A DNA stretch of 64,000 nucleotides. Origin: Thermodesulfobacteriota bacterium. GTDB taxonomy: Bacteria; Desulfobacterota; Desulfobacteria; Desulfobacterales; SURF-7. A program made the position numbers and the translations under genes. The stretch lies in assembly GCA_049320885.1 (NCBI GenBank), contig JBMORA010000039.1:1-64000 (forward strand), in the 5' to 3' direction. This document shows, piece after piece, positions 50,421-58,397 of the stretch (within the stretch, counting starts at the first letter, position 1; every line of letters begins with the position of its first letter). Under the pieces are notes generated by a model, which worked only from the letters and a program-made list of their open reading frames with translations, was not told where the DNA came from and made no database searches.

Positions 50421-51536
50421 CTATGCGCCAACCGCCACCAGTTCATAGGACCGGGTGCCGATTCCCAGGCTTTCGGCATAATCCAGCTGGTGGGGCCATT
50501 CCACGTATGGATAGATGCCCTTGAATTTGTCTTCACCCGCGGCGGTGTTGGTTTTCAACGCGGCGCCCGGCAGGGCTGTTTCCCGGTTGACCAGGTCCAC
50601 CGACGCCTGATCGATGGCCACCGGATCCTTGGATGCCAGAATACCGATGTCCCGGACGATGGGGGTATCGTTGTGGCTGTAACAATCACAGGCCGGTGAG
50701 ATATTGGTCAGGAAATTGATGAACAAGGCCCGACCGCGTTTGCCTTTCAATACGCCCATGGTATATTCCGCCATGTTTTCGAGGAAAACGGGCACGGACT
50801 GGTTCCACTGGATCTGAATCGCCTCGTTGGGGCAGATGAGGATGCATTCACCGCAGCCGATGCATTTTCCCGCATCGATCACCGCTTTTTTTTCGATCAG
50901 CGCCAGGGCCTTCTGGGAGCAATGGGGAATGCAGTCTCCGCAGCCCACGCATTTTTTGGCCTTGACCGCCGGGCTCACGGTGGAATGCTGGGCCAGCTTG
51001 CCTTTGCGGGAGGCGCAGCCCATTCCCAGGTTTTTGATGGTGCCGCCGAATCCGGACAATTCATGGCCTTTGAAATGCGCCACGGAAATCAGGGCGTCCG
51101 CCTGAACGATTTCCGTGCCGATATAGACTTCCTTGAAATTCTTCTGATTGATCCGGATGACGGTTTCGGTTTTTCCCCGCAGGCCGTCGGCAATGATGAG
51201 CGGGGCCTGCACCACGGAATAGGCGAACCCGTTGGCCGTGGCCGTGCGCAGATGATTCACGGCGTCACTGCGGGTTCCGGCGTAAACGGTGTTGCAGTCG
51301 GTGAGAAAGGGATCGCCGCCCGCCTTCCGGATTTCCTCGACAATTTTGCGCAGGTATACCGGCCGGATAAAGGCCGTGTTGCCGAGTTCGCCGAAATGGA
51401 GCTTCACCGCCACCAGATCCCGTTTATGGAAAGTATCCTTCAGGCCGGCGGTTTCCAGGAGTTTACCGATTTTGGTGAGGAGGTTTTCCTTGGGTGTGGC
51501 TTTCAGATCAATGAAATAGACGCTGCTGGCTGGCAT
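50421..51536 (-). CDS. DUF362-domain Fe-S protein with a 2x[4Fe-4S] ferredoxin insert
   Basis: VKLHFGE, HFKGHELSGFGGTIKNLGMG, CVGCGDCIPHC, CIGCGECILICP, SPACDC, DPVAIDQA. Confidence 0.88.
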   Translation of the reverse strand: MPASSVYFIDLKATPKENLLTKIGKLLETAGLKDTFHKRDLVAVKLHFGELGNTAFIRPVYLRKIVEEIRKAGGDPFLTDCNTVYAGTRSDAVNHLRTATANGFAYSVVQAPLIIADGLRGKTETVIRINQKNFKEVYIGTEIVQADALISVAHFKGHELSGFGGTIKNLGMGCASRKGKLAQHSTVSPAVKAKKCVGCGDCIPHCSQKALALIEKKAVIDAGKCIGCGECILICPNEAIQIQWNQSVPVFLENMAEYTMGVLKGKRGRALFINFLTNISPACDCYSHNDTPIVRDIGILASKDPVAIDQASVDLVNRETALPGAALKTNTAAGEDKFKGIYPYVEWPHQLDYAESLGIGTRSYELVAVGA

Positions 51537-51725
51537 GGCGGCCTCCCTGTTGGTTGGGTCGGTTGTAGTGGTGTTGTGTGTTCCTATCATTTTCGGGGAA
51601 AAAATGAAATGCCAATGTTGCACCAAGGGCCTTGACAGGGGAAGGTCCGGCGGCATACAGCAGAATCCGGCCTATAAACGCGAAACGGGGAGGAAAAGGA
51701 TGTCGTGGATGACCGGGCAAGGACA

Positions 51726-53783
51726 ATGATTGCATACCGGGACCGGCTGTCGCCATGGGACGGCCTTTTTTTAACTGTCCCCCTGGCGGTTTATGGGTTC
51801 ACCTGCGCGCCGGGGATCGGGTTCGGGGATACGGCCATTCTGGTGGACAACATCCAGCGCCTGCTGCTCAATTCCCAGGTCAACACCCATCCCCTGACCA
51901 CCTTGCTGGGCCATCTGTTCTCGAAGCTGCCCCTGGAGAACCTGGCCTACAAAGCCAATCTGCTGTCCGTATGGTGCGGCTCCCTTGCAGTTTTGTTTCT
52001 GTATATGGCCGTATTGGCGGCCCTGGGGAATCGATTCGTCGCCCTTGTCGCGGGAAGCTGCTTTTTGTTCAGCCACAGCATGTGGTGGCACAGCACCATC
52101 ATTGAAAATTACGCCGTGGGCAGCGCCTTGGTCGGCGGCACCCTGACGGCGTTCGTGGGATTCTGGCGGACCGGGAAGCCAGCCTGGCTGGCCGCGATTT
52201 TTTTCCTGGCCGGGCTGGGGTTGTTCAATCATGTGCAGCTGGGGTTTCTGTCGGCCGGCGCAGCCCTGACGTTATTGCTGGTTCTCCGGAACGCGCCGCG
52301 GAAAGGCCGGCTTTTCGCGGGTTGCAGCCTGGCATCCCTTTCGGGATTATTCCCCTGGCTGATTCTGGTGGGGCTGGACTGGCGGCGTTCGGGAAATCTG
52401 GCCCTGACCCTCCGGAACGCCTTTTTCGGGCCTTTCGGCGATGTCTTTTTTTCCGCCGGCTGGTGGAGCGGCCTGCGGGAAACCGCGATGGTATATTTAT
52501 TCCAGTTTCCCAATTTTTTCTTGCCGTTTCCGCTCCTGGGGATACCCGTTGCGGCCCGGGTCATGAAAAAAAGTCCGGCCTTCTGGGGAATTCTGCTGTT
52601 TTTCGGTCTGAATACGGTGACCTTTGCGTTTTATGAAACCTGGGACCGGTTCGCCTTTCTGCTCCCTTCCTTCATGATCCTGTGCTTTTTCGGCGCCTTT
52701 GCCGTGAACGCCTTCCTTGGGTATCTGAAAACCCATGCCGGGCCGGCCATCCGGTACGGCCTCACCGGCGCCTGCCTGGTGACCCTGGTCTGGACACCCC
52801 GGTTTTATGACCATGTCTGGCGGAAAGGCCGGGAGACCGGAAGCTACTGGAACCGCAACTATCACAACCAGTATTCCAGAAACCTCTATGACCAGGCCCG
52901 CTTCATCATCATTCCCGACAAGCGCGATTACCGGGAGCTGGACATTTTCGCCGGGCTGCTCTTCGACAAACTGCCGCCGAACGCCGTCTATGTGGACGAT
53001 GATTCCAGAACCTACTACACCATCGCCGATTATTTTCAGAAATATTACCGGAAACGGCCGGATGTGAAGGTGTTGCTGATCAATTCCTGGGGAATCGCGG
53101 GCTGGGGATATTCCTCCGGGCATCTGGCGGATTTCATGCGCGCCGCCTATCTGGCGGATCAGCCGTTTTTCATGGCGTCCCTGATGCGGCCCTATGGCGA
53201 TGTCCTGGGCAATCTGCCGCCGGACTCCGGCATCCGCTTCGAGCGCTTCCCCTTATCGGACAGCCGCTGGATCTATCGCATGAAAACCAGGAGCGAGCAT
53301 GCCGCGGGAGGGGCCGCCGACCCCACCCGCATCCGGGGAGAGAAAGGATATGTGGATTTTCATCTGGTGCGTGTCGTGCACCAGCAGCAGGCCCGGGTGA
53401 TCCAGCAGATCATGGCCGCCTTTCCAGGCGACTGGCGGGAAGACGACCAATTGTTTGTGGATTTCACCGCCCCGGAAGGCGACATCCAGCTGGCGATTCC
53501 CTCGGACCGGGCAGGCTGGGCCAGGCTGCGCCTGTTCTATACCCGGGCCGGTGATTTCGGGGCCGTGACCATGGCACTCAACGGCCGCCGGCTGACGACC
53601 CTGGACCTGCATGGACCAAGGGTTATGAGAGCGTCGATGGACGTGCCGGAAACGGTCCGGCTGGCCAAAGGAACCAATATCCTCCGCTTTTCATATGCCC
53701 CCGGAAAATCGGTTTCCAAGGGAAACAAGGCCGGACTCGACGGGTTGGAATATGGGCTGCTGAAGACCGAAAATCAGGAATGA
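51726..53783 (+). CDS. DUF2723 / TMEM260-like GT-C membrane glycosyltransferase with a C-terminal carbohydrate-binding-like beta-sandwich
   Basis: About 11 hydrophobic segments; N-terminal TCAPGIGFGDTA, HPLTTLLGHLF, AYKANLLS, WWHSTIIENYA matching the DUF2723 pattern; soluble LPPNAVY...RPDV region; C-terminal YTRAGDFG...VRLAKGTNILRF...GLD. Confidence 0.7.
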   Translation: MIAYRDRLSPWDGLFLTVPLAVYGFTCAPGIGFGDTAILVDNIQRLLLNSQVNTHPLTTLLGHLFSKLPLENLAYKANLLSVWCGSLAVLFLYMAVLAALGNRFVALVAGSCFLFSHSMWWHSTIIENYAVGSALVGGTLTAFVGFWRTGKPAWLAAIFFLAGLGLFNHVQLGFLSAGAALTLLLVLRNAPRKGRLFAGCSLASLSGLFPWLILVGLDWRRSGNLALTLRNAFFGPFGDVFFSAGWWSGLRETAMVYLFQFPNFFLPFPLLGIPVAARVMKKSPAFWGILLFFGLNTVTFAFYETWDRFAFLLPSFMILCFFGAFAVNAFLGYLKTHAGPAIRYGLTGACLVTLVWTPRFYDHVWRKGRETGSYWNRNYHNQYSRNLYDQARFIIIPDKRDYRELDIFAGLLFDKLPPNAVYVDDDSRTYYTIADYFQKYYRKRPDVKVLLINSWGIAGWGYSSGHLADFMRAAYLADQPFFMASLMRPYGDVLGNLPPDSGIRFERFPLSDSRWIYRMKTRSEHAAGGAADPTRIRGEKGYVDFHLVRVVHQQQARVIQQIMAAFPGDWREDDQLFVDFTAPEGDIQLAIPSDRAGWARLRLFYTRAGDFGAVTMALNGRRLTTLDLHGPRVMRASMDVPETVRLAKGTNILRFSYAPGKSVSKGNKAGLDGLEYGLLKTENQE

Positions 53784-54017
53784 GTATGCGTATCTTCGGG
53801 AATAAACGCCTGTGGGAAGCGGCGGCTGAGCGGAAGCCGCGCAGGGCCGGCCGGCTGTATCGCGGGTGCTGCAATTAGGCGTGAATCATTATCAATTATA
53901 AGAAATTATTTAAAATTATTATGAAATTACCTATAATTGATTTAAAACATCGCGCCGCAATTCACCGGCGTTTTCACACCTTAAGCTTTATCATTTCGCG
54001 TCCAACCTGTTTTTTTC

Positions 54018-54044
54018 TTGACATAAAAAGCCTATCAGTATAAT
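54018..54044 (+). promoter_or_regulatory. Sigma70-like promoter upstream of the lipoprotein gene
   Basis: Consensus TTGACA (54018-54023) and TATAAT (54039-54044), but the spacer is only 15 nt. Confidence 0.45.
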
Positions 54045-54076
54045 TGTGACAAAGTAATATCACGTCTTCTCAATAT

Positions 54077-54195
54077 GGAGCCTCCGAATCATTTAACGGA
54101 ACAAGATGACCGAACGCAGCAGAAGAAGGCTATGCTTGCCTCACAGCAGATGGTGCTGCCGGGAGATCTGTTTCCGTTGATGGCGCGGGGGCTTT
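54077..54195 (+). ncRNA. Candidate structured RNA leader (long imperfect hairpin)
   Basis: Nested pairings by eye: GGAGCCTCCG/CGGGGGCTTT, TTAACGGAA/TTCCGTTGA, AGAT/ATCT, GCAGCA/TGCTGC, AGGC/GCCT. Confidence 0.4.
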
Positions 54196-54220
54196 GCTGC
54201 CTAATAAGGAGCCGCTTACC

Positions 54221-55729
54221 ATGAAGCTGAAATCTTCGATTCTGTTCACTCTCATTTGCAGTTGTTTGATTCTTTTCGGATGCACCAGCTCGGACGATTC
54301 CGGCAGCATCAATGAAATTGCTACCGGGACTGGTACTGGAACAGGCACCGGAACAGGCACCGGAACAGGCACCGGAACGGGCACCGGAACGGGCACCGGA
54401 ACGGGCACTGCCGGTGAAGGCGTGGCGATTCAGTATGTATCCGCCACTTCCACAGTGATTGCACTGCGTGGAACAGGTGGTGAAAATAGGCCCGAATTCA
54501 CCAAATTAACCTTTCGGGTGATTGATGAAAACGAAAACCCGGTCTCAAATGTTGGTGTTACCTTCATGCTAACAGCCACAACAGGTGGTCTGGCCCTTGA
54601 TTATAGTACGGGCATTACCAATGGTGAGGGCTTGGTCGTTGTGGGGATCACCTCGGGAGAAGTGGCAACATCTTTCAGTGTACGCGCAAATATAACAGGG
54701 ACGACCTATTCGACCACCTCACCCAACTTGGTTGTCAGCACAGGCTTACCGGACCAGGATAGTTTCTCGCTTTCATTTAGTGAGCACAATCCGGAAGCTC
54801 TATCGGAAAATGGTGTGGAGGTCACTGTAACAATCCACGCAGCGGACCATTTCAACAATCCTATACCGGACGGGACCCGAATATATTTCACTTGCGATGG
54901 AGGCAGCATCGGTAATTACCCGAGCACAGAAGGATCATGCACCATTGTTGGAGGAACATGCTCAGTGATATGGAGAAGTCAAGATCCAAGACCACCTTCG
55001 TTTGGTACTGGGATGTATTCACACCCAGACATTTATGGCCATATATCACCATTATATGATGAATTCTGGCCATATAATTCACAAGACCGCAATGGTATTG
55101 TAACAATACTAGCAGTGGCTGTAGGCGAAGAGAGCTTTACGGACGTTGATGGCGATGGAAGGTACTCATCCCTAGAAGATAAAGCCGCTTGGGATTCAAT
55201 GGTTGCTGATGATTTTATAGAGGATCTCGGCGAGGCGCATCTAGATGTAGATCAGGATTTCTTATTTGATGATGGAACAACAAGCATTGGTGTTTTCGAA
55301 GAATATCGGGATTTTAATAATAACCGGCAACGAGATGGTAACAATGGACTATATAATGGGACTTTGTGTACAGAAGCAATGGAGGATCAAGGTAATTGCT
55401 CTCGGGAAATGTTAGAAGTTCGAAAAAGTGGCTTGTTGTCGATGTCTGGATCTGACGTCTATTTTGAGTTATATATCGATCATGCTGTCGTGATGGATGT
55501 AAATGGCAATGCTCCCCCATGCGGTACAAAACTTTCACTTACAGGTAAGGGGAAAAATGTGCTAACGCCTAACTCTACAGATGTTCCTTGCAATATAACA
55601 GAACCATGGATTTGGGGATTTAGTAATGTTATCCCTCCTGATACAGAAGGTGGATCATATAATTATGAGATTAAAGCAGAGACGGCTGGGGCCGTAACAT
55701 ATTCGTATTACCCGCAGAGCTGGCATTAG
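54221..55729 (+). CDS. Surface lipoprotein with Thr-Gly repeat linker, Ig-like (Big_1/invasin-type) domains and Asp-rich Ca-binding-like motifs
   Basis: Lipobox LFG-C; (TG)14T; LTFRVIDENENPVSNVGVTF...TNGEG Big_1-like segment; GLPDQDSFSLS, DHFNNPIPDGT, GEESFTDVDGDG. AAGGAG RBS. Confidence 0.78.
   Translation: MKLKSSILFTLICSCLILFGCTSSDDSGSINEIATGTGTGTGTGTGTGTGTGTGTGTGTGTGTAGEGVAIQYVSATSTVIALRGTGGENRPEFTKLTFRVIDENENPVSNVGVTFMLTATTGGLALDYSTGITNGEGLVVVGITSGEVATSFSVRANITGTTYSTTSPNLVVSTGLPDQDSFSLSFSEHNPEALSENGVEVTVTIHAADHFNNPIPDGTRIYFTCDGGSIGNYPSTEGSCTIVGGTCSVIWRSQDPRPPSFGTGMYSHPDIYGHISPLYDEFWPYNSQDRNGIVTILAVAVGEESFTDVDGDGRYSSLEDKAAWDSMVADDFIEDLGEAHLDVDQDFLFDDGTTSIGVFEEYRDFNNNRQRDGNNGLYNGTLCTEAMEDQGNCSREMLEVRKSGLLSMSGSDVYFELYIDHAVVMDVNGNAPPCGTKLSLTGKGKNVLTPNSTDVPCNITEPWIWGFSNVIPPDTEGGSYNYEIKAETAGAVTYSYYPQSWH
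54338..54409 (+). repeat. Six tandem 12-bp units GGAAC(A/G)GGCAC(C/T) encoding Gly-Thr-Gly-Thr
   Basis: 3x GGAACAGGCACC, 2x GGAACGGGCACC, 1x GGAACGGGCACT, in frame within the lipoprotein. Confidence 0.95.
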
Positions 55730-55819
55730 TTGTTTCATATTTTGATTCATATATAAAATGCAGAAAATCTCTGAATGGCGGAATAGCTTGCTGAATATAG
55801 AAAATATGGAGGGAGTGTT

Positions 55820-56557
55820 ATGGGATGCAGGAAGCTGGGAATTGTGACGGCGATAATACTTTTTATTTTTGGAGGAGCCGCCTGGTCGGATGAATACACC
55901 GGCCATCTGGATAAAAAGGGAAGCCTGGCGTTCAAGTATGGAACCCAGATTTTTCCCGACAGCGATTTGACGGATTATTGGGACCTCTCTCCGGATGTAG
56001 CCCCTTACCCTGTGGAAATTTCCTATGAGCACAAGCTGGGAAGATCCCTGGGGATTGAGCTTTCTGGGTGTTACAGCCAGATGGAAGATGAAAAAGAACT
56101 GCCGAACCGCCAGTATGATGAAATGGAGGTGAAGAATATCTCCTTTTCACCGAGCATCAAATACCATCTGCCGGTAAACAACTCGACGGTGCTTTTTTTC
56201 GGCATCGGCCCGGATATTGTCCAGAGCCGTGGCACGCTGACGTATACCATATCAAACCGCACCTACGAAGACGATGTGTCCGAGATCGCCTATGGCGGAC
56301 ATGGACTGATCGGTTTTGAATATTTTATCCTCAAGAATCCTGCTAAAGATAATTTTTTCGACTGGCCCCTCAGTATTGGCCTGGAATACAAATATACTTT
56401 TGCGGAAATCAGCGACTATGATGAGGAACTGATCCAGAAGATCAAAACTGGAGAAAGTCGAACCAACCCCAACACAGTCTGGAACAGTGTCACCCCCAAC
56501 AAATTGCAGGTCGGCGGTCACACGGCGGCCATTACGCTTAAATGGCATTTCTTCTGA
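55820..56557 (+). CDS. Small outer-membrane beta-barrel protein (OmpW/porin-like)
   Basis: Signal peptide ending AAWS; alternating beta-strands (LGIELSGCY, LFFGIGPD, GGHGLIGFEYF, IGLEYKY); C-terminal aromatic TLKWHFF typical of BAM substrates. Confidence 0.75.
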   Translation: MGCRKLGIVTAIILFIFGGAAWSDEYTGHLDKKGSLAFKYGTQIFPDSDLTDYWDLSPDVAPYPVEISYEHKLGRSLGIELSGCYSQMEDEKELPNRQYDEMEVKNISFSPSIKYHLPVNNSTVLFFGIGPDIVQSRGTLTYTISNRTYEDDVSEIAYGGHGLIGFEYFILKNPAKDNFFDWPLSIGLEYKYTFAEISDYDEELIQKIKTGESRTNPNTVWNSVTPNKLQVGGHTAAITLKWHFF

Positions 56558-56671
56558 TACGTCAATCGAATTTTACGCTTTTCCCCCTTCCCTCCGTTAC
56601 CGGTTTTGGCGACTGCTGAAACCGGTAACTGTTTCCGGGCAACGCCATTCCCCCATTCGCATAGCAATCCA

Positions 56672-56710
56672 TAAAAACACAACCGGCAGGGCGGAATGCC
56701 CTGCCGGTTG
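56672..56710 (-). terminator. Intrinsic terminator of PEP-CTERM gene copy 1
   Basis: CAACCGGCAGGGC-5nt-GCCCTGCCGGTTG hairpin followed on the minus strand by TGTTTTT. Confidence 0.75.
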
Positions 56711-56740
56711 GGGCGTAAAAGCTGAAGGAGTGAGGAGGGT

Positions 56741-57235
56741 TCAGCTTTTGAGGGTCTTGCGTCGGATGCCGACGAAACAGATCAGGGCCGAACCCAGCAG
56801 CCAGGCGCTTTCCGGAATCGGCACAGCCGAGGTGATGGGGCCGTATACGGAATTGATGATCTGGCCGTTGGTGCCGAAGGTCAGGGTGCCGCTGTGTCCG
56901 CTCTGGACCACCCCGTCCAGCATTTCAGCCCATTCCATGACAAAGGAATCCCGGTCGGAAAATTGGATCCGGAAACGGCCGCTGTTGGGATTCAAGTCAT
57001 TGCCCGTGAAGATCAGGCGGTTGGACTCAAACGTATCCACGCCCCATGAGGGCGCCAGGCGGTTTTCATCCACGTCCCGGAAGGTGACGTCGCCGCTGGT
57101 GATGAACAAATACACGGAATCCGTTCTGAATTCATTCCGGAATTCCATCCAGTAAGGCGCCGCGGAAGCCGAGGCGGCGAACACGGTGAGCAGCACCGTG
57201 GTGATGATGGCGATTTTTGTGATTTCCCGTTTCAT
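56741..57235 (-). CDS. PEP-CTERM (VPLPA-type) sorting-domain surface protein, copy 1
   Basis: Sec signal ending ASA; C-terminal VPIPESAWLLGSALICFVGIRRK (motif, TM helix, basic tail). Confidence 0.88.
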   Translation of the reverse strand: MKREITKIAIITTVLLTVFAASASAAPYWMEFRNEFRTDSVYLFITSGDVTFRDVDENRLAPSWGVDTFESNRLIFTGNDLNPNSGRFRIQFSDRDSFVMEWAEMLDGVVQSGHSGTLTFGTNGQIINSVYGPITSAVPIPESAWLLGSALICFVGIRRKTLKS

Positions 57236-57293
57236 GATTCCCTCCTCAAAAGCCGTTCATATCCGCTGGGGATTGTTGTTTCACCCTGATATT

Positions 57294-57310
57294 TAGCAAC
57301 AAGCATGCCA
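57294..57310 (-). promoter_or_regulatory. Sigma54 (-24/-12) promoter of copy 1
   Basis: Minus strand TGGCATGCTTGTTGCTA matches TGGCACG-N4-TTGC, 59 nt upstream of the ATG. Confidence 0.8.
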
Positions 57311-57405
57311 TAGCGGTTATTGCGCGATTCTGATACATATACAATTGGTTGGTTTATAAAGACGCTGGAATCATACCCATTGTTGCCGTGATTTGGCTGG
57401 TTTTC

Positions 57406-57422
57406 ATGACAAAAATTGTCAT
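57406..57422. promoter_or_regulatory. Palindromic candidate enhancer-binding-protein site, copy 1
   Basis: ATGACA-AAAAT-TGTCAT about 96 nt upstream of the sigma54 site; identical in copy 2. Confidence 0.6.
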
Positions 57423-57541
57423 ACAATGTTGGGAACGGGATTCATTGAAACATGAATGAATGGTAAAAAGAATCAATTGGGGCGAAAATGAGAACATGAA
57501 CAGGGGGCGTCGTGATGGCATGCAAAAAAAACCAAGCCCTG

Positions 57542-57579
57542 CAAAAAGCAGCCGGCAGGGCGACATGCCCTGCCGGCTG
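57542..57579 (-). terminator. Intrinsic terminator of PEP-CTERM gene copy 2
   Basis: CAGCCGGCAGGGC-5nt-GCCCTGCCGGCTG followed on the minus strand by CTTTTTG. Confidence 0.75.
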
Positions 57580-57608
57580 GGTGTAAAAGCTGAAGGAGAG
57601 AGGAGGGT

Positions 57609-58103
57609 TCAGCTTTTGAGGGTCTTGCGTCGAATGCCGACGAAGCAGATCAGGGCGGAACCGAGCAGCCAGGCGCTTTCCGGAATCGGCACGGCGGAGG
57701 TGATGGGGCCGTACACGGCATTGATGATCTGGCCGTTGGTGCCGAAGGTCAGGGTACCGCTGTGTCCGCTCTGGACCACGCCGTCCAGCACTTCGGCCCA
57801 TTCCATGACAAAGGAATCCCGGTCGGAAAATTGGATGCGAAACTGTCCGGCGTTGGGACCCAAGTCATTGCCCGTGAAGATCAGGCGGTTGGACTCAAAT
57901 GTATCCACGCCCCATGAGGGCGCCAGGCGGCTTTCATCCACGTCCCGGAAGGTGACGTCGCCGCTGGTGATGAACAAATACACGGAATCCGTATTGAATT
58001 CGTTCCAGAAATTCATCCAGTAAGGCGCCGCGGAAGCCGAGGCGGCGAACACGGTGAGCAGCACCGTGGTGATGATGGCGATTTTGTTGATTTCCCGTTT
58101 CAT
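57609..58103 (-). CDS. PEP-CTERM (VPLPA-type) sorting-domain surface protein, copy 2
   Basis: Same architecture as copy 1, with 10 substitutions. Confidence 0.88.
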   Translation of the reverse strand: MKREINKIAIITTVLLTVFAASASAAPYWMNFWNEFNTDSVYLFITSGDVTFRDVDESRLAPSWGVDTFESNRLIFTGNDLGPNAGQFRIQFSDRDSFVMEWAEVLDGVVQSGHSGTLTFGTNGQIINAVYGPITSAVPIPESAWLLGSALICFVGIRRKTLKS

Positions 58104-58161
58104 GATTCCCTCCTCAAAAACCGTTCATGTCCGCTGGGGATCGTTGTTTCGTCATGATATA

Positions 58162-58178
58162 TAGCAACAAGCATGCCA
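58162..58178 (-). promoter_or_regulatory. Sigma54 promoter of copy 2
   Basis: Minus strand TGGCATGCTTGTTGCTA, 59 nt upstream of the ATG. Confidence 0.8.
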
Positions 58179-58274
58179 TTGCTTCATTAGTTTGATTTTA
58201 TAATATATACAAAATGTTGTTTTTGATAGGGGGCTCGGCGAAACCGAATTGCTGCCGTGATTTGTCCGGTTTTT

Positions 58275-58291
58275 ATGACAAAAATTGTCAT
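58275..58291. promoter_or_regulatory. Palindromic candidate enhancer-binding-protein site, copy 2
   Basis: ATGACA-AAAAT-TGTCAT, identical to 57406..57422. Confidence 0.6.
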
Positions 58292-58397
58292 CCGGCCTTG
58301 CCGTTTAAAGCCATGGAAACCAGTTGAGCCCCTGCGGTTTGTCTGTTATGGTGCCCGGTATGAAGGCATGGTATTTCCATGGCATATGAGGTGGTGC

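Larger units (their letters stand above)
56680..58291. repeat. Tandem duplication of an ~740-bp unit (period ~868 bp) containing terminator, PEP-CTERM gene, sigma54 promoter and upstream palindrome
   Basis: 56680..57422 versus 57549..58291; the encoded proteins are identical at 154 of 164 positions. Confidence 0.93.

Noticed and set aside
54077..54195. Assignment of the hairpin as 6S RNA or SRP RNA
   Set aside because: Shorter than typical 6S, no clear large central bubble, no SRP GGAA tetraloop motif, and not in the usual gene context; kept only as an unassigned structure.
54338..54409. Short tandem repeats as a CRISPR array
   Set aside because: Contiguous 12-bp in-frame coding units with no spacers and no cas genes.
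56741..58103. Twin near-identical genes as template/variable repeats of a diversity-generating retroelement
   Set aside because: Mismatches are not adenine-specific (e.g. CGG/TGG, AAT/AAC), both copies are complete genes with promoters, and no reverse transcriptase is in the window.
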